A stretch of DNA of 63,194 nt, filler included, from Octopus bimaculoides (lineage: Eukaryota): NCBI RefSeq assembly GCF_001194135.2. It is 7 parts of 6 records of this genome, joined end to end, with 100 filler letters (N's around TTAATTAATTAA, not from the genome) between each part and the next. Parts side by side here need not be neighbours in the genome. Positions count along the whole stretch, not along the records: positions 36,538 to 51,473 come from NC_068989.1; 6 more parts are not named here. One strand, 5' to 3'. Positions 38,398-51,473 of this stretch are shown here, piece after piece. Within the stretch, counting starts at the first letter, position 1; every line of letters starts with the position of its first letter. The notes beneath the pieces are model-generated. The model had not been told where the DNA came from. It saw only the letters and a program-made list of their open reading frames with translations, and did no database searches. The translations under genes were made by a program, and so were the position numbers.

Positions 38398-40482
38398 CAT
38401 ATATAAACAAAAATGAGCTAAGAGAAATAACTCAAAGTGGCCAGTGGCATGTATTTGAAAATCATAGAGAAATACTTGTATGTTAAATTGTTTACAACAA
38501 ATATTCTTGATTCATTAAAATTATTACCACCTCCAGATGATGTATCATAATTACCAAACAACATTTATAATCAGCTCTACTTGAGGAGGGGAGATAATCT
38601 TAAGATTCAAGAATTTCTCCAAAATTGACGTCTTAAAGGAAAGGAATAGGCTTATTGCCTGAAGATTAGAGGGTAGTTGTAGACACATGTTACTGGCTCA
38701 GTAGCCTTCACCTGCATTGGGATTGTCCAACTGTATCTTCAGTTGTGAAAGGACTTAGACTGATACAAAACAGAAAAAAAACAGTAATGGTCTACACACA
38801 TACATTTACATATATACATGCTCTCATATATATATATATATATATATAGATAGATAGATAGATAGATATAGATATATAATTTCGTATACATACATACATA
38901 CATATATATATAGGATATCCGATCAATGGAACAGCCTGCTAATGAAATCAATATGCAAGAGACTCTACTCCACAGACATGTGTACCTTTAATGTAGTTCT
39001 CTTCAGTTTGACACAGAATATGATAAGGTTGGCCCTTTGAAATACAGACACTCCTAATTTTTGCCAGCTGAGTGGACTGGAGCAACATCAAATAAAGTGC
39101 CTTGTTCAAAGACACAATGCATTGCCTGGAATTGAACACATAACCTTACAATCATGAGCCAAATACCTGAAACACTAAGCCACATGCTTTCTCTTACACA
39201 CACACAAACACACATTCTCTGAAGTATTAAAGTTATAACGATATATATAGTTGATTTTTAAAAAATTTGTACACTAAATGGAAAATCTCAGGTAACTAAA
39301 TACTCTTTCAAATGATTTAAAAGTATTTTTATATTTTTCATGAAAATATTTTGCAAAATAAAGATATCAATTTTATCCAGAATTATATTTCTATGTGTGT
39401 TTTCATACTGCTGTTATTATTAATTAGCCCTAATCGGCCTTTGTTGCTCAAACCTATAATCAAAGGCTCCCATGTTTCAATTGCAAGTGTAGTGTACATG
39501 AGATTACTCTATCCTATGTCTATTTTTTTAAGAGTGAAGGAGATTTGTGGGTAATCTATTTGGAAATGTATGTCAAATTTGAGGTTGGAAATTATTATAA
39601 AATGAAAGAAACTGAAATGAAAAGTACCTACATTCTCTCTAAACTCTGTGAGAGTGTATATATATATATATATATATATATAACATAAGTTCATTTTTAC
39701 ACCATTGTCCCTCCAGAAATGGCTGTCGGATGTGTACTCCTCGATGTTATACTTCTAAATGGATTTATTTTTATATACCTAGATTTTAAATGAGTTAGAA
39801 AACTTTTGCACTTACAATATGTTATATTTTAATTTTGTATTTTAATATCATTTTTAAAGGTAAGTGTGACTATGCATTTTCATACAGTTTTAATATATTT
39901 TTAATATATATTTATATCTATATATTNNNNNNNNNNNNNNNNNNNNNNNNNNNNNNNNNNNNNNNNNNNNNNNNNNNNNNNNNNNNNNNNNNNNNNNNNN
40001 NNNNNNNNNNNNNNNNNNNNNNNNNNNNNNNNNAATTAATATCGATTAATTACCAGGAAGCTAGCACATTTAAAGAATCAAAGAGATTCAGAAACAGTAT
40101 CTGCAATCTCAGGGGATTAAAGTACATTTTTATATATGACGTTGACCACTAACGTGGACATTCAATGTGCTAGAAATAGATCACATCTTGTGTCTAATAA
40201 GACCTAAATTGTTCTCAACATGAAATATAGCGTGATACCAAAACGTAAGCGGGCAAGACATTTAAAATCACCGAAAAGAAACATTATTAAACAGGGACCG
40301 GTTTCAAAATTTAACAATCTTACCGACTGTCTATTTCTCTTCAGCCTGATTTGTAATGGAACCATAATCATCAGAACCCCATATATAGCACATAATCTGG
40401 TGCATATAATTTTAAAACTGAATATATTTTGATAACTTATGCTTTATCTCTCGTTTAGTATTTCTCTCTCTCTCTCTCACTG

Positions 40483-40543
<61 letters not shown>

Positions 40544-41623
40544 AGAGAGGGAGAAAGACAGAAATAGATAGATAGATAGACAGATACATAGTATAGGTGT
40601 GGCTGTGTGGTAAGATGTTTACTTCCCAGCCACCTGGTTCCAGGTTCAGTCCCACTGCATGACATCATGGGCAAGTCTCTTCTACAATGGCCCTGGTCTG
40701 AACAAAGCCTTTTGAATGGATTTGATTGACTGGAATTCAAAGAAGCCCATCATATACATAAGCTTTATTTATATTTTTCATCATCATCATCATCATCCTC
40801 CTCATTATTTAGCGTCCGCTTTCCATGCTGGCATGGGTTAGATGGCTTAACTAAAACTGGGGAAACTGGAGAGTTGCAACAAATTTCAGTCTGATTTGGC
40901 ATGGTTTCTAATGGTTAGATGCTCTTCCTAATGTCAACCACTGCAAAAGTGTAATGGTTGCTTTTTACATGTCATTTTATGTGACACTGGCATCGGCTGA
41001 TTTCACTTGGCTTGATGATTCTTCTGAAGCATGGCATATTGCCAACAGTCTCAGTCACTTGTCATCATCTCCATGGAGTCCAACGTTCAAAGGGTGCTTT
41101 TTACATACCTCCATCATGGGTGTGAGTTATGTGACACCAGCGTCATCTATATATATATATATATATATNNNNNNNNNNNNNNNNNNNNNNNNNNNNNNNN
41201 NNNNNNNNNNNNNNNNNNNNNNNNNNNNNNNNNNNNNNNNNNNNNNNNNNNNNNNNNNNNNNNNNNNNNNNNNNNNNNNNNNNNNNNNNNNNNNNNNNNN
41301 NNNNNNNNNNNNNNNNNNNNNNNNNNNNNNNNNNNNNNNNNNNNNNNNNNNNNNNNNNNNNNNNNNNNNNNNNNNNNNNNNNNNNNNNNNNNNNNNNNNN
41401 NNNNNNNNNNNNNNNNNNNNNNNNNNNNNNNNNNNNNNNNNNNNNNNNNNNNNNNNNNNNNNNNNNNNNNNNNNNNNNNNNNNNNNNNNNNNNNNNNNNN
41501 NNNNNNNNNNNNNNNNNNNNNNNNNNNNNNNNNNNNNNNNNNNNNNNNNNNNNNNNNNNNNNNNNNNNNNNNNNNNNNNNNNNNNNNNNNNNNNNNNNNN
41601 ATATATATATTATATTATATATA

Positions 41624-42539
41624 GGGTCATCCCTTAAATAATATGGTTTTTCCAATTGCATGAACCAAAAGTCGAAGGGGAATGGGATAAACTACCTGCA
41701 TCTACTTGCTATAAAAGCATGTAGTAATTTTACCTTGTACTTATTCTTAGTGCAAGTTTTGAAGAGTGTAGTTCGATTCTAACTGTTATTTCTTTCAAAG
41801 CTATAATGGAAGTGACAAAGGACCATATTCAGTATACATTGCTTTGAGTTCAATAAAGGCAACAATACAATAGAAAGTGTGAGGAATATTAATGCAGTAT
41901 GTGGGGATCGGACAATAAGCGTAAGCCAGTGTCAAAGGTGGTTCCAGAAATTCCGGCCGGAAACTACAGTCAAGATGAGCCTTATCCTGGCAGATCTGTA
42001 GAGCTCGAAGAGGACATCCTTCTAACCCTGGTGGAACAAAATCCCATCATAACTGTTGAGCGACTAGCAGAGAAACTTGGATTTGGTCATTCAACCATTC
42101 ACGGACACCTGTGCTAAAAAAAATATGACCATCCTTTGTTCTAAGATAATAGGTATTCTACCATCAGGATAATGCTTGACCACATACGGTGAGGATGACA
42201 TTCCAAGGACTAGAGCAGTTTGAATGGGAAACAATGCCCCACCCACCATATTTGTTGGACATTGCCTCATTTGATGATTATCATTTATTCCGCAGTCTTC
42301 AAAATCATTTGGATGGAAAAAATTATGAATTCTGTAGACGAGGTCAGAACAGTACTGGAGGAGTATTTTTTGTCACAGACAAGTGAATTTTAGAAGAGCG
42401 ACCTTGCAAGTCTACCAGATAGATGGAAGAACATTGTACAAAATGAAGGAGAGTATATTTTAGATTAAAAAGGAACTTTGTTTCTCTTAATTTTGAAAAA
42501 TAAAAGAAGTATATAAAAAAAATGCATTATTTATGGGAT
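41624..42539 (+). mobile_element. Internally deleted mariner transposon
   Basis: Left TIR GGGTCATCCCTTAAATAAT after TA; partial right TIR ATTATTTATGGGAT; HTH (DEPYPGRSVEL...LAEKLGFGHSTIH), HQDNA and MPHPPY..DIAS.D.YHLFRSLQNHL motifs; first catalytic-Asp region absent. Confidence 0.92.
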
Positions 42540-43194
42540 TCTTTTGCTTTTTAAAAATCTGATAAAATGTAAAAATGTTCTCTACTATATTTATTGTAAA
42601 GAATAACTGAGGAATATTTCTTCAATATTTTCTTATTCTAATATAATTGGAAAAGAGTTCTTTACATGAAGGAATTGTTGACAACGGTGAATGCTTTGAA
42701 ATCGCAGAATATAGACACGGTTTGGCTGCTATTTTTAGCAATTTGGGAGACTGTCAATTCCGGTGATAGCATTGCCTTTGCACGCAATATTACGGCTATT
42801 TTGATTAGCTGATAGGATATTGCTTCGTGATGTTTGTTAAAGTCATTGTAATTGGTCGGTTTGTAACACGTCATAAAGCCACTATATAACCAGAGATTTC
42901 GTCGTCTCAGTCTCTTATTTCCTGCTTCTCTTAGCTGTTTGAACCTTTATTATTTTTTTCTCTTGGCTGTCACCACGTGCCGGGTATACCTTTACATTTT
43001 AATTATAACTTTTTCTTTTCAGTATATGAAGCGTGATGGTTTGTATGTATATTTATACTGTCGTTTTAATTCTCTTTTTAGTTGAGTCGGTTCAGTAGCC
43101 TTTTCTGTTTCTTTGACTTCGCTATTGCAGTTTTAGATTTCTTAAGGATGTATTTATTTGTCGATTTTTCTTATATAAATATGTCCTATATTTT

Positions 43195-45518
43195 AGCTCA
43201 TAAAAGTCCGACCAAAATTGACGGTGATGACTACAAAATTCTTTCCCCGTCTTATCGATATATGAAGACATTACTTGTCTTTTCAAGCCAATTTTTTTTG
43301 TCTGAGACAATTTTGGAAGGCTTTGAGCTTATGTTAAGTTTTTCAAAGCAGATTCGATCTTAAATATATTTAAAATCATTTCACGTTCAGCTTGTTACAC
43401 CTTCCCATCGTTTCTTTATAAAACTTCTGTAGGATTTTGATCAGGCGATGACTTCGACAATTTCTTGGGTCCTCCTGTTTTTGTCCCTCCCCATGGGAAA
43501 AGGTATTTTCTGTAATTTCTTAATATTAGTTTTCCTTTTCGTAGATTTTGTCTATCCAAAATTGGCAGTGATGATTGCTAATTTCTTTCCCCGTCTTATC
43601 GATATATGAAGACATACCTTGTCTTTTCAAGCCAATTTTTTTGTCTGAGACAATTTTGGAAGACTGATTGTGCATATTATCCTATTTCGTTTTACAGGTC
43701 AGCTTGTTACAACTTTCTTCTCATCGTTTCTTTTTGAAACTTGTGTGTAGGATTTTGATCAGAGAATGACTTCAATATATTTTAATATTTGTAAATCCGT
43801 TGGTCACTTTGCAGCTGCCCTCCACAGCACGTGTGAATTCCCCCGTTATTCTTTTTATGAGGTTTGTATTTTCTGTGTAGGTTTTCCTTTCTCTTGCATC
43901 GTTCACAAGTGTACTGGACATGTGTGAAATCTCCGGGTACTCCATTTCCTCGTTTCTTAATAGTTTTTATTTTAATAGAAAACAGTCGTTTTTAAATTAC
44001 CAGTTTCACTATCCCGTCTCATCTGTATGTGAAAACAACCCTCTTTCGATTCATTTCCTTGTCTGCGACGGTTTTACAGGGTATATTCAGGTTAAATTTG
44101 AGGTATTATCCTTACGTTAAGGTAATTTCTTTGGTCCTATTGGTTTTAGTCCCTCCTGGGAAAAGGTAGTACTTGTTTGATATTAGTTTTGTACTGTATA
44201 CAAACATGCATCTTTGTGTTTCCTTTTTTCATGGATTTTGTCTATCCAAAATTGTCTGTGATGATTACAAATTTCTTTCCCCGTCTTATCGATATATGAA
44301 GACATACCTTGTCTTTACAAGCCAATTTTTTTGTCTGAGACAATTTTGGAAGACTAGTTGTGCGTTTCCTCTTTGGTTTTACCGGTCAGCTTGTTACGAC
44401 TTTCTACCCATCGTTTCTTTTCAAAACTTGTATAGGATTTATATTTTAATATTTGTAAATCCGTTGATCGCTTTGCAGCTGCCCTCCGCGTCTCGTGAGT
44501 TCCTCCGATATTCCGTTTATGAGGATGTGTATTTTCTGTGTAGCTTTTCCTTTCTCTAACATAGTTCACAAGTGTGTGAAATATCCCGGTGCTCGATTCT
44601 TAACAGTTCTTTTTATAGAAGATAGTCGGCGATCTTACGATACAAGTCCTCGTAATGAAACACGTGGTCTAACTGGCATTTCTAGGACTTGTATCGTGAG
44701 ATCTCGCCCTGGGCAAGGGTAGTTACTTGTAATTTGATATTACTTTTGTACTGTATAACAAACGTATGCATCTTAGTGTTTCCTTTCTTTTTCATGGATT
44801 TTGTCTATCCAAAATTGGCAGTGATGATTACAAATTTCTTTCCCCGTCTTATCGATATATGAAGACATACCTTGTCTTTACAAGCCAATTTTTTTGTCTG
44901 AGACAATTTTGGAGGACGTACTAACCGTGTTTTTGTGATTTAACTGTTGCCCGAAATACAGCTTTGGTAGAGATGGACTATATGTAATCTGAACCTTTCC
45001 CCCCTTATTTGTTAATTTTTTTTTACGGAATCCCACGTTTTAGGCTATGGAGATTCCGATTCTGAAATTTTTTGAAAAATTTCATTCCCCCCCCCCCCAN
45101 NNNNNNNNNNNNNNNNNNNNNNNNNNNNNNNNNNNNNNNNNNNNNNNNNNNNNNNNNNNNNNNNNNNNNNNNNNNNNNNNNNNNNNNNNNNNNNNNNNNN
45201 NNNNNNNNNNNNNNNNNNNNNNNNNNNNNNNNNNNNNNNNNNNNNNNNNNNNNNNNNNNNNNNNTGAGATTTTTGAATAATTTTTTCCAGAATCGGATTC
45301 TCCATGATCTGAAATATAGGATTGTGTAAAAAAAAACAATTTAAAAGTGGGGGTATACCCAGATTACATATACTCCATCTCCACCACAGCTTTTATAGTT
45401 TAAATTTGGGATTTTTTTTCCTGTGCACCTTATTTCGTTTTGTATGTATCGATCTTGTAAGTCTGGTTAGAATTCAGGCTGATTGTATCTTTCCCCGTCT
45501 TATCGATATATGAAGACT
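43195..45518. repeat. Degenerate tandem array with a conserved core of about 110 bp (copies near 43215, 43545, 44233, 44797; partial 45488)
   Basis: TTTCTTTCCCCGTCTTATCGATATATGAAGACATACCTTGTCTTTTCAAGCCAATTTTTTTGTCTGAGACAATTTTGGA recurs; spacers share additional blocks. Confidence 0.9.
44960..45391. mobile_element. Fold-back element with inverted arms of about 130-140 bp around an N gap
   Basis: 44960-45098 and 45265-45391 are diverged reverse complements; both match 121-257. Confidence 0.75.
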
Positions 45519-46279
45519 TCTGTCGAGTAAATTCCTTGCCTGAAACAATTTCGAAAGACTTTTCATGGACAGGTAGTGTATATTATGGGCATGTTTCGGT
45601 TTCGTCTGTATCATTCTTGGTATGTGGAGATATTTCATGACTGCGATTAAGGACAGTGCACTTCAGGGTGCGTGGTGACTAAACAAAATCGTTTCTTTTT
45701 TCTCTGGGATTTATCCATTTTTTTTTTATATCCTGCATATGCAAATTGAAGCTAATAAATATATTTCTTGGTCCGTGGATGTTAAATGATAAATATGTGA
45801 ATTAAATTTGTATTAGGGTAGGGAATTTGTCTGGGTTTTCGGAATGTTAATCCTGCAAAGTACGATGCATATAGATTACCATTTGTTTGTGGGTTATAAA
45901 ACGTTATGAAAATAGTCGTGGTTGCTACTTCCTAAGGTTTGAGGCAGTGCTAGGACATCTCTTAACTTAATTGATATATAGGAATTCGATTCTGATTTTG
46001 TGTTACAGGTATTCCTGAGTAAGATGCTCTTGATCACAATTTAGCTGGAGCGAGACAGTGCGACACTTGTATGTTTTGCAATCATAACGTTTTCATTGCG
46101 GTGAAGGTAAAGAATATGCATACCCGGTGTTTAGGCTTTTTACGCCGTAAAACGGGTGTTGTGTGTATTCTTTACCTCCACCCTGGATAGCTTATTTTTC
46201 AATAAATTTCGTTGTGGTAGAGATTTGTGTGAAATATTTGCATTAAGACATTACAAATGCTTCAGCTAGGTGCTATTTT

Positions 46280-46811
46280 GGATCTTTTTTTAAAACGGGG
46301 GCCACATTTTTCATTAACGAAACACTTTGAAACTGGGAGAATGTGTCATATAAAACATCTTTTTCTCTTAGTCTTCTTAAAAAAAAAAAGAAATCCATAA
46401 GTTGTTCCATGTGAAAGTTGTATTTCTGTAATTTCAACCAATCACTGGCGTCCATTCAGCCGATATACATTAAGTACCGACTACATAAACAAACGATTAA
46501 CCCTAACCTTACGGTTAGGGTTAATGCAAATTTAAAATGAAAACAAATAAAACGAAGTTATGGAGATTAAATACGCTTTACATCGCTTAATCAGCCAAAG
46601 GAGTAAATGTAAACAACTGAATACTTGTCAGTGATTGGTTGAAATTATCGAAATAAGACAATTTTTTACATGAAATAAATTCGAATACAAAAATATTTTT
46701 CTGTTCTATAACACAAAATAGATAAGTATACGAAGTTTGAAAGTCTTTCCGTACCAAAAACACTACGTAAAACATTAATGAAAAATGTGGCCCCCGTTTT
46801 AAAATAGATCC
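46280..46811. mobile_element. MITE-like element with three nested inverted repeats
   Basis: About 37-bp outer IR (46280-46317 / 46775-46811), 19-bp perfect inner IR (46429-46447 / 46629-46647), 13-bp stem hairpin 46496-46525. Confidence 0.85.
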
Positions 46812-48235
46812 GCTATTTTTATTTGCAAAAAGGAAGATGTGGCTGGAATGCCTTTTTCCTGTGCTATCCTGACCAAAGCAGTAGGCTCGATTCGCCGTAA
46901 ACGTGTGTATAAGCAGGTCAATATGTATATAATATATACGTGTGTATATGTACAATGGGTATAACTTTTGATTGGTGCCCCTTAGTATTTTTTGAAAGTG
47001 ATTTTGCAGGAATGTTTTCACATGTAGGTTAATGTTGATGATTCAAGTTTATTTGTGAAAGAAAGTGCTGAAGTTAGTGAAATGGGTGAAAATACAGATT
47101 GTGAGCATGTAGGAAGAAAGATCTAAAAGCCCTCATTTTCTAAATTTGGTATTCTTTAAGTTCCTGTAAAGAACAAATTAGCATGGAATTCTGGTTTTTA
47201 AACGGAGTCCAGCTTTATTTTCGGCATATTACTCGTAGCTTTTTTAGTTTAGAATATTCAGAAAAAATTTTCGAACCGGAAATCGTACAACTATGCAAAA
47301 ATTGAAAAGTGATTTAAGGGGTATTGAGCTGTTATTTTTAGCAGATTTCACGACTACCTTATGCCGTCCTTGTTTGATACTAGCGTGTGAGTGCTTTTTC
47401 ATAGCTTTCTTCCTATAAACATTTAATTGCTGGAATTTAAAACAAAATCGAACTGTCCGTATTTTAAATCGATTGTAAAAGTTCGAATGATTAAATTTTT
47501 TTCTTTTTGCATAGTCGTGAGTTCCCGTGCATAGAATACATTCGCAAAACTATTCTGAAAATTCGAGGCTTTATGCTGTGCGTAAAGCAGAATTCCGCCG
47601 GAATTTGTATTGTGGAGTCGGGGGTGGGTTATCAAAACGGTTGAGACGGTATAACTGTTACACACGCCCAACCTCCTAGAACTAGAGCTATATTATGTAA
47701 AACTAGAAATTCCATTGCTAAAGGGCGTGCTTTAGGAAATTTAGTGCTGCGACTTCGTAACTTGAACGTACTTCGAGGTAACACACCCAAGAAAGTAAAT
47801 GGAGTGTGGTAACAAGAATAGGAAAGGGTGGTAGAATGTTGCGCGAGTTCCTGAGGGTGAGCTGTCCGTAGATGTAGCTCAGGAAGAGGGAGTGATTATT
47901 GACATGAAAGGTTAATGGTATGTAAGTAATGAGCCCTTAATTGCTGATAAAATAATACAATTAAAAGAGGGAGCAGGTAGATGTACAATGGTAGAAATAT
48001 GAGAGTAAGGAGGATATCAATTTCCTATGCTTGTTTATTTTTAGGTGGAACAAACACTAATTGAATAGAGCTAGTGGTTGAAGGGAGGTAACTTAGTCAT
48101 TGGAAAAACAAGGGGAATAACTGCAATTCTCCGTTTTAATCAACTCTTGCCTCCTTAGAATCACTCTTATTACAGATTTTTTTTTTCTCTGCGCTCATAC
48201 GTTTTTGCACATGTACTTTCGTGTTCTCCAATATT

Positions 48236-48355
48236 CAGGGTGTCCACAAAGTCTGGGTACATGGGGATTAACACATACTTTAAGAAATTATTATTTCTTA
48301 TATTTGTTTATATGATTTTATTTACTCCACGTACCCAGACTTTGTGGACACACTG
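48236..48355. mobile_element. 120-bp Tc1/mariner-type MITE
   Basis: 25-bp TIR CAGGGTGTCCACAAAGTCTGGGTAC / GTACCCAGACTTTGTGGACACACTG (1 mismatch), TA on the right flank. Confidence 0.88.
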
Positions 48356-49389
48356 TAGAAGTGAGCGCTGTACTTGTTACATTAGTTTTTTCGAAAACGT
48401 CTGATACATTTGTGCATGCACGGGGGCACGAAAACATCTTTTAAGCACTTTCTAAACGTGAGCATCGTCCCTTTAGAAGCATTTGAATTGTGACAATTTC
48501 GTAATCTTTTGAAAGCGTTCCAAGCATGACCATATCTTTTTAAAGTCAAGATCTGTTTTGTAGTAACCTGTTTTTAAACTTTTTTTTTTTAAGGATGCAT
48601 AAGAAATACTCGAAACATGAAAAGTAAAAACGGTATCGTCTTTAATGGCCGGTTGGCTAGATCAGCTGGTTAAGCACCAATAACTTGAAACAGATTCGTG
48701 TGTGTGTGTGTGTATATATATATACGTTTTTATTAAAGCTGAATAAACATCACAAAAAATTTAGTTTCACGTTCCTGTCCGTCGGACAGTTGTGATCAGA
48801 CTGGAATAAAATTATGGTACATGTAATATATAATTTGATATAATCCAAATTAGCGAATAAGCATTTGGACTTGATTGGTTAACTTAAACGCAAATGTATA
48901 CAAATGCATGAACATTTACTCCTAACTACACTTGTTAGTATAAATTTTGCTCTAGAAATTTAGAGAAATGACAATATTTTAAATAACACCTGAAAAATAA
49001 GATGGAGGAGAGTCATGGGTGAAGTGCCTTTGGTCATAGGTGTGGTTTACTAGAGCTGAGTGGAGTCGCAATGGCCCAGTGGTTAGGGCAGCGGACTCGC
49101 GGTTTCGATTCCCAGACCGGGCGTTGTGTTTATTGAGCAAAAACGCCTAAAGCTCCACGAGGCACCTGCTCTTCTCCTTCACCACAACTTTTTCACACTC
49201 CTTCTTGTTTCTGTTGTACCTGTATTTCAAAGGGCCAGCCTTGTCACGCTGAACATCCCCGAGAACTACGTTAAGGGTACACGTGTCTGTGGAGTGCTTA
49301 GCCACTTACACGTTAATTTCATGAGCAGGCTGTTCCGTTGATCGGATCAACTGGTACCCGCGACGGAGTGCCAACAACAACTAGATCTG

Positions 49390-50420
49390 AATAACAATAA
49401 CTGCTAATAACAGTAACTGCTAATAAGGAATCCTCTGTGCACTTACACATTCTGCTAGAAGTAGCACACAATTCTACTGTCTTCTGAACATCTTTTGCAA
49501 TCGTGCTTGTTTTCAGATTTTCACGAAGCAAGAACTTTTCCCTCACAGGCATTGTCATTGATGTACTCCACACCATTAAAGTCACCTCGTTATGAAGATG
49601 TAACTTATGAAAGACTTGTCAAACATTAAAACCATGGGTTTTGTGCTCTCTGATGGAGCAACAGCAATACTTGAAAAAAGTTTGTATTTCAACATTGATT
49701 AACAAAAAAAAAAAAAAAAAATCCATGCCTAACCCTAAGTCATAGCAAGGTCTGGGTGTGATGTACTTCTCATTTGGGGAATGTTCACACACAACCCACC
49801 ACATTTTCTCACTGTTGTAATATGGCCTCTTCTACATTACTGCATCTGTAGCAACACTTTGTCATTGGGTCTCAATTCCACTCCAAGCACCTGAATCTAC
49901 AAGACCTACCATGATTTGGTATAAAAGGGTGGTTTGGCTTGACTCGCCCTTTGTTGGCAACAAGTGAGATTAGTGTCAGTGTCTCAGCTTGCTGGATCTT
50001 GATCAGTTGACTTGTCCAATTGAATAGAGATTTTCAAATGACTAGCTCTGCTGTCTGAGAGGATTTGGTTCAAAATATTCACACTGATTCAGTTGTTAGG
50101 GACACTTGTTAAATTTTATTCTTGGTTCTTTTCTCTTTCCAGTGCACATGACTTTGACAAAATCTGCAGCTATAGTGTTTCTTTGATTTGGCCACTTTAT
50201 ATGCCACATGGTATGAAGCAAAGATTAATGGTTTTTCAACAAAAAGGCCACCCGACTTCAGAAACCTTTTAGAATTAAAACTAGTACTTGTGATTTTCAG
50301 TGATTCAGCAATGACTTTTAGCATTAACTTAGCCATGCTTGTTTTTGAAGAATTTTTGAGGCTTAGATGGCTTCAGATTTGAGTTGGAAAACAACACTAC
50401 AATGAATATATAGGGCCTTT
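49390..50420 (-). mobile_element. Decayed hAT (Buster/Charlie-type) transposase fragments
   Basis: FASYHVAYKVAKSKKH, NILNQILSD...ISIQLDKSTD, VREKFLLRENLKTSTIAKDV in the expected order on the minus strand. Confidence 0.8.
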
Positions 50421-51113
50421 TGTAAGCTATCATTTCTTGTGAAAAGCACACGTTTGTTATCCCATTTTCTACTTTTTACATGAAAGGTTAAAATGCAGAA
50501 CAAAAATAAAAATATAAACCTAACTTTATAAAAGCCTGTCATGATAAATTTTATGCGCATGCAATGCTAAATAAATAAAATCCAAATGATATATTGTGAT
50601 GTAGTACAGATTTGTAGCAGGTCAGATTTGAACTTAGCACCTATGATTTCAAGCAGGCGCTGTTCGCATTGCCTGTCATTTGGTTATATGACAAATTCCA
50701 CAGCAAAAGTAGTTTTTATCTTTCAAAAGCACCTTTCTGCCATATTTGCCTTGTTATCACTACATCCACCCATAAGATGAACCAAAAATATGTAAAAAAA
50801 AAAAAAAAAAGGCTTAGAAACCACAGCATACATACAAGGGTGCAAAGATATTGAACAAGACTGAATCAATATACAGGACTCACCACTTTACACACACAGC
50901 CACACACACACACACACGCAACACTACACTTAGGCATACTTTGAATTAGAGCCACAATCCATCCAACTAGCATTCCGTTTCCAGTTAAGCTAAGCTCTCT
51001 CAGAATACTGAGGCTGACACTTTGGCTTGTGTAATGTGTTGAAACTATCAGATATATTTACAGGAGTCTGTCTATCTCTGTTTCACAATCTGTCTGTCTA
51101 TATGTATCAGTTT

Positions 51114-51473
51114 CTATCTGTGGAGAAGCAAGCCCATGCCGTCAAGTAGCGCCTCCGTCGTGGGACGTTGGACTGACGGTCCGGTTGAGTTGCTCGGGGT
51201 CTGGTTTGGTCCAGACCTCCAAACGGAGAAGAACTGGGACGAGATAACGAGAAGGGTGGCCACGCTAGCCCGGCAATGGGCCGAGAAGAAGCTTTCCCTG
51301 AAAGGTCGGGCGGAGGTGGCGAACACGTACATCGCGTCCGTCATCTACTACCGCCTGACCGTCGTTCCTTGTCCCGACCCTACTATCACCAAACTGGAGC
51401 GCATCCTCTTCCGCTTCTTGTGGAAAGGAAGCGATCCGTTTGCTGCCAACACCCGTTAAAAGGAGGACTGGGC
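51114..51473 (+). mobile_element. Tx1/L1-clade LINE ORF2 fragment (post-RT region), cut by scaffold end
   Basis: GPVELLGVWFG...NWDEI...LSLKGRAEVAN..IASVIYY...LERILFRFLWKG, frameshift, then CCQHPLKGGLG; CpG-rich, little decay. Confidence 0.9.

Noticed and set aside
39690-40410. Two minus-strand exon-like segments (donor TCG|gtaaga at about 40322)
   Set aside because: No KAT8 similarity and no continuous open frame with a start; may be UTR but unsupported
43195-45518. CRISPR-like repeat-spacer array
   Set aside because: Eukaryotic DNA; repeats about 110 bp, spacers hundreds of bp and mutually homologous, no cas genes
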